Assembly: GCA_015680685.1 (NCBI GenBank)
Contig: MNCI01001921.1
Location: 273,549 to 337,548 of the forward strand
Origin: Gnetum montanum
Lineage: Eukaryota; Plantae; Gnetophyta
Reading direction: 5' to 3'
DNA: 64,000 nucleotides
Below, piece after piece: positions 1 to 10,705 of the stretch. The translations under genes were made by a program, and so were the position numbers. Under the pieces are notes generated by a model. The model saw only the letters and a list, made by a program, of their open reading frames with translations. It made no database searches and was not told where the DNA came from. How positions within the stretch are numbered: position 1 is the stretch's first letter; every line of letters starts with the position of its first letter.

Positions 1-213
1 TGAATCTCTTCAAAGTAAGTCATTTGTAGTTTACATACAACGCAATCGTTCCATTTCTCACAACCGCACGCCGCAACAACACACACACATACTCACATTA
101 ACTAATAAGTTTATTTGGAGGTATATGGGCCTTGGTGTTGCCAGAGACCAGCAGGCACCTAAATCCTGTTCGAGGACACTCGGTGGCGGTCGCATTCCAA
201 ATGGTCGCCAACA
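1..213 (+). mobile_element. Probable 3' end of a relatively young LTR, cut by the window edge
   Basis: CpG-retaining block (CGCAATCG, CGGTGGCGGTCG) ending in ...GGTCGCCAACA, followed by an abrupt switch to CpG-depleted AT-rich DNA. No partner LTR in the window. Confidence 0.35.
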
Positions 214-448
214 CCTTCTTAGCCTAGTTTAAATATTATTTGCATGCATCATTTTGCTTAACTTTGTTTTACATTATTTAACCTTGCTTCATGCATATTT
301 TAGGATTCATCTTCATTTATAATTTACATTTTATGCCTTCTATTTTAAACATGAAACATTAAAAATACCATAAAAATTTTAAAACCTAAAAATTCAAAAA
401 AAATTTAAAGCTTAAAAATGACAAATTTTCTTTCCAAAACATAAGACT

Positions 449-734
449 CACCATGGCCTAAAACTAGCAAAAGATGGAATGCACCATGGCCTAAAACTAG
501 CAAAAGATGGAATGCACCATGGCCTAAAATTGGCAAAATGTGGGGCCCATCATGGCCTTGAACTAGCAAAACTGAGGTCTACCATGGCCTAAAACTGGCA
601 AGATGTAGGGCTTGCCATAGCCTAAAACTAGGAAAATATGTGGGCCATCATGGCCTTAAACTTGAAAAATGTGAGGTCCACCATGGCCTAAAATTGGCAA
701 AACATATGACCTACTATGGCCTAAAATTGGCAAA
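449..734 (+). repeat. Tandem array of about 9 x 33-bp units, consensus CACCATGGCCTAAAAYTRGCAAAA plus about 9 variable nt
   Basis: Units start at 449, 482, 515, 548, 580, 613, 646, 679 and 712. Units 1 and 2 are identical. The block ends in TAACA (735-739), an LTR-like terminus, next to the integrase remnant. Confidence 0.95.
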
Positions 735-746
735 TAACACATTTTA

Positions 747-1711
747 TTGATGAAATTTACCCATTTCCTTACCACATGATCATTAGTAAGTGTAGTAGAA
801 ACTACACATCTCTTTCTTGTAGAGATAGTATGGTTACATGATGTGCCAAGATAGATTATTAGTAATAGAGATGCTTAATTCATGTCACATTTTTGGTAGG
901 AATTTCAGAAGGATATGGGTACAAAGCTGAATATGAATTTGGCATATCATCCACAAACTGGTGGTCAAACTAAGTGGGTGAATCAAATTCTAGAAGACAT
1001 GTTAAAATCCTATGATTTTCAATATAGAGAAGGTTGGGTTTGGATGCTAGCATTATCTGAATTCACATATAATAACAATTATTAGGAAAGTTTGCACGCA
1101 ACACCATATGAGATTTTATATGGTAGGCCACGTAGAACACCTTTATGTTGGGATACCATAGAAGATTGTTAGTAAGTAAGCATAAATTTGGTGAGGAATA
1201 CTATTAAGCAAATTCAGGAGATCTAAGATAGATTGAGAGCTACAAAAGATAGGTAGGTGACATATGCCAATCAGCATTAAAGGCCACTAAAGTTTGTGGT
1301 CACAGATCATGTATTTTTTCGTGTTTCTCCCTTGAAAGGCCTTACTCAATTTGACCGAAAAGGAAAATTGGCTCTTAGATACATTGGTCCATTTTAGGTG
1401 TTACAGTGAATTGGGAGAGTGGCCTATCAGATAGCATTACCTCCTCATTTGGCACACATGATATATTTCATGTATCTATGCTACAATGTTATGTGCCTGA
1501 CGAACACCATGTGATTGACTATTCATGGATACATCTACTATATAATGTCAATTATGTTAAACAACTAGTAGAGATTATTGATTGTATGTTGCAATAACTA
1601 CATAGTAAAGTTGTACCTATGATCAAGATTTTATGAAGTAGACATGAAGCGTCAGAGGCTACCTGGGAGGTAGAGATTGAGATGTATGCAACTCATCCTG
1701 AGATCTTCTAG
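747..1711 (+). pseudogene. Ty3/gypsy chromovirus (Tekay/Del-like) integrase and chromodomain, decayed
   Basis: Manual translation: LMKFTHFL..EIVWLHDVP..IISNRDA*F..AYHPQTGGQTKWVNQILEDML..EFTYNN..TPYEILYGR..KLALRYIGPF..DIFHVSML..EATWEVEIEMYATHPEIF*. Many in-frame stops. Confidence 0.93.
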
Positions 1712-1829
1712 GAGGAAGATTCTTAAGTAGGTGAGAGGATTACACTCCATTCAAAGACATTAGGTATAGTCATACGCTTATGATTTATACATTATGTGTG
1801 GAGTCTTGGTGGGTTGTCAGGGACAAGTT

Positions 1830-4312
1830 AATGTAATATATATGAATTTAAATGTTATGAGGCTTTGTCTTTATCTTATGATTATGATGTCTTTACATGC
1901 TTAACTAATGTAATTCTGTACACTATAGCACTATGTTGTGTGATGTTCAAGTGTGATTTTGGCATATAAATGTGTAGAGCATCTGATAAGGATCTCATAA
2001 GCTCAAACATATTTTGATTTAGAGTCCCGGTGTGTTTGTTATGCATGATTAAAGTTCACAGCATTAGTTGTGAAGGAAAAAATAAAGATAGCTTTAGAAA
2101 ATAGTTCATTTTGAAAAATAATAAATAATTTTAAAGGAAAACATAAAGAGTGAACTCGCATTATGTGAGAAAAGAAGCATATTGTTGGTTTTTGTTTTAA
2201 TAAAAAGCACATAGTAAAAAGTATAGGTTATATTTTTATTTTTCTTTTGTACCCACTACCTCACCACCACTTACCCATAGAAATCGGGTTCTGGGTTTTT
2301 ATTTTTTCTATGGGTGTGTTTACATTAACAGAAATGCACAAGAGCATATTTTTTCATTTTTTGTTCTTCTCTCTTCTTCTGTTCCACATTTTTTTGAATT
2401 CTGAACTTTGTGGATGATTTTTTCTTGCTTTGAACCTAGATTTGGGACTGTTGCGATCATATCTATGTGGGTGCAGAACTTGTTGGAAGTGAAATGGAGT
2501 CTTGCTAAATTTTTGATGGTTTTCTACTTATTTCAACCTTTTTACCCCAATTTTAATTGGTGTATTATTTTCCCTATATTTTTGTGCTGGATTGATATAT
2601 ATGATTATGTTATGTGGACATGTTGGACAAATAGGTCAAAGATTAAGCTTGGATATGTTATTTTTCCTATTTCCCAAAATGTTTTCATTTTGGTTACGAA
2701 TTGTATAGTAATATATATGTGATGTATGGTATGATGTGAACTTGTAAAATATGATATGTGATGTTGATGAGACTGGTATGATTGGAATATGATATTTTCA
2801 GGGCCCATTGGGGCATGAGCATTTTTGGGAGTTTCAATCCTTCTTGGTGGTAATTAAATATTATTAAATATTATGTTATTAAAATTTCGAATGCACATAG
2901 CTTTGTTTCCATGAGTCCAATTTAGGTAAAATTAGTATCCTTAGGAATGTTTTGGGAAGTAATTTCTAATCATGAGATTGGTTTTCTCTTTGGGCATATA
3001 TCATTTTGACAATTGGTATAGTGGTCATTTGTTTAGAATTATATATGCAATTCAAGAAATATTGTATTTTTTTGTCATATCGTGGTATTAATGTTGTTTT
3101 GTCAAATTGTGGTATTGTTCTCATGGAATGACTAAGACTATTAGGTGTGGGTATATGTGGTTATGTTATGTTTGTTTGGAAGTCTTTGTTCTTATGACAT
3201 GCATTGGCTTACACTAGCCAGAATGTGTACATGTCCTCATGACAATGCTTGTGATGATTGTTGGCGAGTGGTGCTAGCACGAGGACATGGACCGGTTGGT
3301 GATGAGGCATCCTGGAGGTAGTATGGATTGACTCCCACTGTGATGCATCGACGAGGCTCCTATCTTAGGCCTCATCTTTAGAGTGGGAGAGCATAGGTGT
3401 GTTTGTCCTTACAGCTAGTACATGACATAGGCGTGTTTGTCCCTATCGCTAGTCCTCTAGAAGGCTAGTGGTTGCAGGTCATAGGTTGATGGACCCTAGC
3501 ATCAGTTGGATAAATAAAAGACTAATAAAATACCTACAAGCAATGGTTGTTATGAGTACTCGTAACAATGTTTCACATGCTACAGTGAGTGCAGATATGC
3601 TAACGACCACATGAGCTATGTATATGATAGTATTGGTTTGTGAGTCATGTTGTTGATAATATGTGTTATAATTGGATTATGATTGCGTGGATCATGGATT
3701 GTTTAATGATATATCATGGGTATGATGACATGGACATGATGGATGATGTTGAACTATGGCTTTATCTATGATTGTATGATAGCCATCTATCCTCTTCAAT
3801 AATGATTATGTTAGCATTATAGGCGATATGGTGTGTGTGTTGTTTTGAGCATGCATAAGATTAACAATTGTTGTAGGTTGCCTTTTATCCCACTCCTATC
3901 CTTTAGTAGAGCACTTGTCGACCATCTAGCAGGGGAAGTGTAAAGGCTTTCCACTCAGTTGTCTATTGACTTTATTGAATTATAGATGAAGGACATAAGA
4001 TCCTAGATAAGCATAGAGAGGGAGAGTAGAGGAGGGAAAAATCTTCAATGCTTGGTTAATGCATATTTTCATGTATAGTCGTATGGACTATGTATTGTTG
4101 TATAAAACTCTCTATACTATTATATATATAATGATGATGTTTATGTGTTATTGTGTATTTTAGCAGAGTACTCTAGTATGAGATTTCTATGCAATTTGAC
4201 CTTCCTTAATATCATGTATTCTACAAATCATTGGTTTTTAGTTATCATGCTTCTGTTGTAAGATGACTTGATCCTAGGCATCACCCTACACTAGCTAGTG
4301 TAGGGTGTTACA
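1830..4312 (+). mobile_element. Probable 3' LTR of the Tekay-like element; left boundary approximate
   Basis: Follows the chromodomain and ends in GGGTGTTACA (4303-4312), the same terminus as the Tekay-type LTRs ending at 47286 and 49904. Confidence 0.6.
4282..4307. repeat. Perfect 26-bp palindrome CACCCTACACTAGCTAGTGTAGGGTG
   Basis: The sequence equals its own reverse complement and overlaps the LTR terminus. Confidence 0.95.
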
Positions 4313-4419
4313 ACCTAGGTGCACCCACTAAAAGAGATTAGGCTTTCATTCATCTACCAACCATCATGCTTGGTAGGATGAGCCTTGTAGCTTAGGATGA
4401 TGATCTTTTTTTTATAATG

Positions 4420-4735
4420 ACTCACAAATAAATTTGTCAAAAATATTTATGTGACAAAGTTGAGAGTAAGGTAGCAACATACATGCGATCATAAAGAGAC
4501 CACACATATTTTATGGGAGCAAAATTTTACAAAACCAATTAAAAATTTTGTAATTAATAATTTTCCTTCACCATGAATTAATAATTTTGCATGTTCTTAA
4601 TAATACCCTATTATTATTAAGAATCTTTCTCTTTAGCAAAATTATTTTGTATTTAAGAAAACATGATTAAGTAAAAAAGAAATGATCCTTTTGAATAAAA
4701 TTTCATTAGTGAAATTCAAAGAATCCATTTACATA
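4420..4735 (-). repeat. Inverted, internally deleted copy of 29295-29400 plus 29970-30260
   Basis: The reverse complement reads ATGGATTCTTTGAATTTCACTAATGAAATTTTATTCAAAAGGAT.. (compare 29297) and ..GTGGTCTCTTTATGAT..GTATGTTGCTACCTTACTCTCA..TTTGTGAG (compare 30160-30252). Confidence 0.8.
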
Positions 4736-4769
4736 TGAAATAAATTTTATGATTAATAAAGTGTTAGAC

Positions 4770-5040
4770 CTTGAAGTCAGTAGAACATGCAACCAGGATT
4801 GCATTTGAAACATACAATATGATGATGATTACTATAAGGTGGCCTTGCAAGTTCTGAGCACACCGAAGGATTTTGAGATTCAGGAAGGACTTTAGATAGA
4901 GAAAGGGTTTACAGCATATTAGGGTTTGGAAAAGACAAATACAGTAACTCAGATCTGAAATGACTCTAAGGATCTTATTACATTCACCTTAACAAGGGCC
5001 ATGGCATCAATGTTGCTTATCTGTGGTTATCAGATGTTGT
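4770..5040 (-). pseudogene. Inositol-transporter-like pseudogene copy A, remnant of the TM8 to Cys-rich-loop exon
   Basis: Nucleotide homology to 50142-50380 (GATGATTACTAT..GCCTTG; AAATGACTCTA.GGATC..ATTCACCT). Translates to VCFKCNPGCMFY, resembling INT CLKASPxCGFC, and ends at a donor AAG|GT at 4770, the same position as in copy B. Confidence 0.6.
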
Positions 5041-5044
5041 GAGC

Positions 5045-5773
5045 TCCTACCTTTGCTTTCTGTATTCAAAGAAGATCTTGAGGATTCACTTAACTCCCTT
5101 GTGCGAATGTCCTCACTAAGAATCAAGTTTCGAATATCATTCAACTTTAATATTAAAGTACCTGATGAGCTACTCACAGCAGCAGTCACTGTTGCGGACC
5201 AACTCTCGGGCAAAGATGATAGCAAAATAATTTAATTGACTAATTATCGTATTGAATTTATTGATGTGATTTGTAATTGATGCACCTTCACCCATCTTTA
5301 GATTGAACAACCCACGCATCAAACAAACAGCAGATGGCTTTTCATACATACTTGACAACGTTTTCATTAAACCTGCAGTGGTTGTCTCATTAACAATGTT
5401 GAATGCGACGTTTTTTGCCAATGTCAATCTAATCACACCAAGTGCCTGGCGATCTAAGAGATTCCAATCTTCTTGATCTAGCTTCTTCCCTAGCAGCGGT
5501 TCATGCAACTTCGAGACAGATAATGCTCTCACTGATCTGTTGCTTCGAGTGTTGCTTCGATACCAGTTGTTATATTCAGGAACAGATAAGCAAGCACACC
5601 CACCGGAAATGCATGAAAATTGTTATTAAATAATTTTTGCTAGATACAATTATGGTTTTTGGGCTGTTACGAAAAAAACAGAAACTGGACCAGAACCACT
5701 AATTGCTGGAACCAGTAACTACTAACTATTGCTCATTGCTGCTAACTGGTTTCAGTCACCACATAACTTAACA
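5045..5773 (-). mobile_element. Ty1/copia 5' fragment: 206-bp LTR (5568-5773), tRNA-Met PBS (5554-5565), frameshifted gag
   Basis: LTR TGTTA..TAACA; PBS TGGTATCGAAGC on the minus strand; gag DWNLLDRQALGVIRLTLAKNVAFNI..MYEKPSA..LFNLKMGEG..HINKFN and LSSLPESW..LILSEDIR (ORFs 5170-5532 and 5007-5225). The rest of the element is absent. Confidence 0.92.
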
Positions 5774-6963
5774 AGCTTTTCAGCCTACAATGCCCACTGG
5801 CGCCTGCTCAGGAAAATTGCAACCACACACATGCTCGGATCAAACGCAGTGAAATCACTGGTGCCCTTTGTAGAATGCCAGATCTCCAAGGTTCTGGTGG
5901 ATCCTCTTGTAGTAAAAGCTTCAACTTCGGATAAGTCCCAGGCGGGTTTGATTCATTACCCATTCATATCTCTGTAAGTAAAAGTAATCATTCATGATAC
6001 GAAAGGTATGTGTTGACTCGTAATCTTGATATCATGCAGGTGGAGGTAAATTTGAGTGAGGCTGTGACAAAATTGTTGAGGACTATATTTTCTGGGATTG
6101 TAGTGGGCGATCAGGACTGGGAGGGAACCGTCGGGCTCCAGCAATTCCTGGATGAGCGTTTATATTTGCTTGGAGCTCTTGATATTGGCGATTTTCTGCC
6201 ATGGCTGCGATGGCTGGACCTTCAAGGCCTCCGTCGATGCCAAAAATTGTTCGTCAAGAAAGTGGGAGAGATATATGACAAGGTAATCGCACACCATGCT
6301 GCTAAACGGGGACAAAAGGATATCCAGATGGGTCGCTATATCTGGGTCTGCGAAAATTTCTGCTTGAAAACCAAGTGTATATCATACTACTACTAGTCAT
6401 TTAAAAAACAGACTATCAGAAGGCGAAAACGAGGTAATATTCTTAGAGGTTCCAAACTTAAAAGGAGTAAAGTTACTGTGGAATCTTATAAATGATTGTT
6501 ATTGACCTTGTTGATGCGGTGCTTGGTTACGAGGGGCAGATAAGAGGAAACGCCACGAGGGTCCTCATGATTGTAAGTCTTTGATCCGATTTCATGCATG
6601 ACAAATCTTTTCGGTTGGAACTGGTAACAAATATTATCTTAACAGGAAACACTGTTCACAAGAACTTTAGATCTGTACATGGTTAACCTTGAGTTTGTGA
6701 GAAAGTGCGCTGTAGCAAGATTATATCATAGTTTTTGAAGTAACCTATAAATCACTGATTTAAGGATTAGTTTCATGGTCTGAAATTTTACCAACCTAAA
6801 TTGAATCGTACTACTTTTATGATAAACTTTATTTTTAAAAGGAAATCAATAAATTTAGGTATCATTTTTGATACTTTTAAATATAACTTCTTCGAACATG
6901 CCAATGTACAGTGATTTTTGAACATGCATATCTAACATATTTCTCAACCATTTAAACACTGGA

Positions 6964-6985
6964 ATATATATATATATATATATAT
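6964..6985. repeat. (TA)n microsatellite in the P450 intron
   Basis: About 11 TA units. Confidence 0.9.
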
Positions 6986-7366
6986 TGCGGTTGCCAATAA
7001 TAGTTAACCTCTCTGAAAAAGCCCTCCTCTCTGAAAACGCATGCCCAAATCAGGACAAGAGGATGGCAACATTTACTTGTTTTCTATGTGTCGGACAAAT
7101 TGGGATTTTATAGATGCATTAGCTCTTCAAATGAGTAGTATTTCATAAAATCCGATGAAATTTTGTTTAGGTTTGTACATATACATTGAAATGGCCTCCT
7201 TGCCTTGCCTCCTATCCTATTATTTATTGACATTGTTACTTGCTTTTTCTAGATTTAGCCTTTTATGTTGAATTGGTTCTTGTCTTTTTCTTAATGTATA
7301 CATTCTGCATTAAAATCTTACCCTATCTTATTCTTCTCCTGAATCTTACAAGAAACTTCATTTCAT

Positions 7367-8103
7367 TGTTAAGTTGCAAGGAGGCAATCAAGATTCATGG
7401 CATCAGCATGACACATAGACCACAGAAAACACGGAAATCACGAAAGGGCTGCTTTGGTAACCGAAGGCTGAAGGGCCAAGTTTGGGTCATACGGAGAGGG
7501 GACGCGGCATGCCAGCAAACATTGCATTTGCATGTATTGACCTTTGAGAGTGTCAAAAGTTTCCGCCATGACTCACATATTCACGCCTGTTTATTGCTGG
7601 TTTTTTCTGTTTCTCTCTGCTGAAAACAGAAGAAACAAAACAGGGTCATCGTCAAGGGTCATCAGTCATGACATGATGACGGATGGATGCTTGTTCAACT
7701 TTTATTTTTTAATCTGTGGCGAATGGCCATATGCTTGCTCATGATGCTCTATTTTAATTTTCACCTTTCATCATCATGATTGGGGTTGTACCTAGTTTCT
7801 TTAAGTTGTGTCTTCTTATAATGTGGTCATCTTCAACATGGCCCTATGAGAAGACCTCATTTGTTATAAATTTCATTGAGACTTGAGACTTAATTTCATT
7901 CCTAGAAAGATTGGATTGAGTAACAAAAGGCTTTCATTTTATTTTATTGTTGTGATTTTGGTTATTGCAAAAATTACATGTTTAGCTGGATTATGGCTCT
8001 TGAGTAAGGAGGTGGATTTGATGGCTTTCATACCTTTGCAAATTTTCTTGTTTTAATTTAGCAATGATATTGCAATCTTCTATGCAATTTTTAAGCATTA
8101 ACA
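7367..8103 (+). mobile_element. Possible solo LTR in the long P450 intron
   Basis: TGTTAA..TTAACA termini, clustered ATGAC/GTCAT motifs, TATAAAT at about 7865. The flanks TTCAT and ATATT do not form a TSD, so boundaries are uncertain. Confidence 0.45.
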
Positions 8104-9593
8104 ATATTTTGAATTTACATTGTACTTGTTCTGTATTCTACAATGTTCTATAAATTTTCTCTATCATGGCTTGGGCTTTGAACCCATCTCCATTTTTTCT
8201 TGAGGTACATGTACCTAAACACATTCAGAATCATGGATTCTTCATTCCTCACTTCCATGAATCAAATTCTTTTAATGCATAGCTTGGTTTAGTGTAGCAT
8301 ACATTTACTTGTTTTTTTATAAATATGCAATAACTAGTACTAGTGTACAATTTATTGTTGTGATGTGGGTGGGTGATTGATTGATGATTCATGATATTAC
8401 GATGTTAATGAAAAGGACATGACACAAGGAGCCGTGGACACTATGTCAACGGTTGTGGAGTGGGCCATGTCTAAGCTACTATGACATCCAAATGCAATGC
8501 ATAGGGTGCAAGAAACGCTTAGCTCTATGGTGGGTCTTGAGCACTGAGTTAGCCATGTTGACATGGCCAAACTACCCTACCTAAGTGTGGTTTGTGAAGG
8601 AGATGTTGCAACTGCATATACCGGTGCCCCTATTGCTTCCTCGTCACTGTGGGGCCAATTGCAACATGGGTGGATACCTAGTGCCATGTGGAGCCACGAT
8701 TTTGGTCAACGTGTGGGCCATGGCAAGGGACAAGGAAGTGTGGGGCCCACGTGCAGAGGAGTTCTGGCTAGAGAGATTTATTGAACTTGATGCCATGGTG
8801 ACAATGACAAAGGAGGTATTTTGGTCGTTTGGTGCAGGTCACAGGTCATGCGTTGGCATGAAGTTGGGCTTAGTGATAGTGGAGCTTGCCCTAGCACAGT
8901 TGCTCCATTGCTTTCACTGGAGCCTCCCTCTCCCTCATGTCGTTGCCACTCACCACAAGGACAACAACAAGGATGACATAATCCAAAATGCTCAACTTGT
9001 GTTGCTACGGGCCTCTCCCCTCATTGCCATGGCAACTCCATGATTTGGCTGATCCTCATCCTCCTCCTTAAACATGCATGAATTATAGTAGTCATCTTGG
9101 TATGTGATATTATACTAATAATAATTATTGATAAACAAATTTTGATCACACAATGCCCTTTGAAAACTTGTTTTAAGAAACTATCAGCTACAGTGTTTCC
9201 TATATGGGTACGAAAACCTAACAATAGTCTCAACTAGTGAAGAAAATGTGGTGTTTAACTTTTAATATTATGGCTTTGTTATAATTAATACACAAAAGTA
9301 AACATTTCATAGATATGAGCAAACTACAAATAAACTAAGGTGTAACATAAATAGATTCATATGGTAAGACACTTTAATATTGGGTAGCAAATAAAATATA
9401 TTAAAGTAGTCAACAATAGAACAATAATGTAAATAAAAGGAAAATATCATTTCTCATTCAAGTTATATAATAGCCAATGATGCTTCCTAGGAACAACTTT
9501 CAAAATCACATACTAATAATAAAGAAGAAAACAAATCAAGTAAGAACCAATTACATTTTATTAGAGCTTCAAATATTATTTGTACATGCCTAC

Positions 9594-10705
9594 CTACATA
9601 GTCTTCCAACTAGTGAGCTTCCTCCGACAGATCCTTGTCCTTGAATAATTGGACCACTAGTAACCTAGAGAGAAAAACTATTTATTAAGATACAATTCAT
9701 AGTTTAAGTCATCTTCTTCATCTTGAAGAAATTGAGACTGGTTAAAGAGGCTACAGGAAAGGGAAGGGACATCAAAAGATGGCGTGTCAGCTTTATGAGG
9801 GTCCAATAACAGCTCTAGGTTGCATAGAAAGAGAGAAAACTAGATAGACAAAGAACTGCCAACTCCCCCTTGTTCTCTCTGCTCTACTCCTTTTTTGCGC
9901 TCCTTTTTCTACAGCTTTTTTCGTCCACCTTTTGAAGTCTTGTTCCACCAAACTGTTCACATTGGCTGGTCTCTTAGCATCCTCCATCCTACTGTAACCT
10001 GCACGCAAATGAACAAAAGCATCAATGTTTCTATAAAAGAGAATCAACAGTTTCATTAACCATCTTACTTGGCAACCGAAATGTTAACAAAACTTGAACT
10101 TCCTTTTTAATAAACTTTTAAACTACCCATAGGAAAGCGGAAATGACAGAAGAACGGAAATGACAGAAGAATCCGATATGCAGTAGGGTTTCAGTGCATG
10201 AGAACGAGCGCAGAGCCTTGAAAGAGTGAAGTCATGCACATTCACTTGTCCTGTGAAAAAGTGTAGCAGTCCCCAGAAACAGAGAGCGCAATGCACTATG
10301 TGATCCAGAAACAAGCACCAAATGGCAATCTCGGGACATCCACCCCTCAACTACTTACATTGTTGCTATGCCAAGCAAAGCCTGCCTATGAGTGTCTTCC
10401 ACCATTGTAGGCCCGTGAATATCATTGGCATGATAGATGCCAGTGCCAGGATTACACTTACTCCTTAGAGAACTTACAACACACAGCAGACGGTAGTAGC
10501 CCTGGATACTATGTTCGGGACGTATCACAAAACATTGCATGAAACCCTCCAAAAATTGTAACAGGACAACACAGGGATGGTCCAATGGCTACAACCCATG
10601 CTTATGAATTTCTCTCACCTTTCCTACCAATGCTATCTAGAGCATTACAGAATATCTGGACAAGACTAATGTTGAAAATTCAAGCATGAAACCAGCAACG
10701 CAGTG
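9594..10705 (-). pseudogene. Inositol-transporter-like (MFS sugar porter) pseudogene copy A, N-terminal half
   Basis: Colinear minus-strand motifs: ALLVSCL..ALDSIGRK (DxxGRK, about 10620-10640); SVILALAS..LIGRLCL; SALRSLFLGTATLF/FTGQ; CAG|VTVGWRML at 9998 (resembles VxGTWRWMLG); GVGSSLSI*FSLFLCNLE (resembles IQF..LPES); LFKDKDLSEEAH*LEDYV|GT ending at 9594. Stops and frameshifts throughout. Confidence 0.65.

Larger units (their letters stand above)
5774..9043 (+). pseudogene. Cytochrome P450, CYP71 clan (A-type), 5'-truncated pseudogene
   Basis: Exon pieces: 5774-5941 FSAYNAHWRLLRKIATTHML (WxxxR); 6040-6330 VNLSE..GALDIGDFLPWLRWLDLQG; 6501-6572 DLVDAVL..RVLMI|GTAAGT; 8416-9043 DMTQGAVDT..VEWAM, KEMLQL (ExxR lost), LERF, FGAGHRSCVG heme motif. 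TGA stops at 8482 and 8545, a frameshift near 8590, and the N-terminus removed at the copia LTR. Confidence 0.95.

Noticed and set aside
449-734. CRISPR-like repeat-spacer appearance
   Set aside because: The variable parts are only about 9 nt and related to each other, there are no cas genes, and the context is eukaryotic retrotransposon DNA.
4420-4530. Apparent INT last-exon similarity (NFVT*IFLT)
   Set aside because: The segment aligns instead to 30120-30260 as an inverted repeat and not to 32829-33159; likely a chance match.
4770-4880. WD40-like reading LQGHLIVIIILYVSNAILVACSTDFK
   Set aside because: The alternative frame matches the INT Cys-rich loop, and the homologous exon at 50142 splices onto an unambiguous INT exon.
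8585-9043. 152-aa ORF as a functional P450
   Set aside because: It is only the C-terminal part, follows two stops and a frameshift, and has lost the ExxR and PERF motifs.
9793-10056. ORF-track protein GYSRMEDAKRP..
   Set aside because: Off-frame reading over transporter remnants; no recognisable family.
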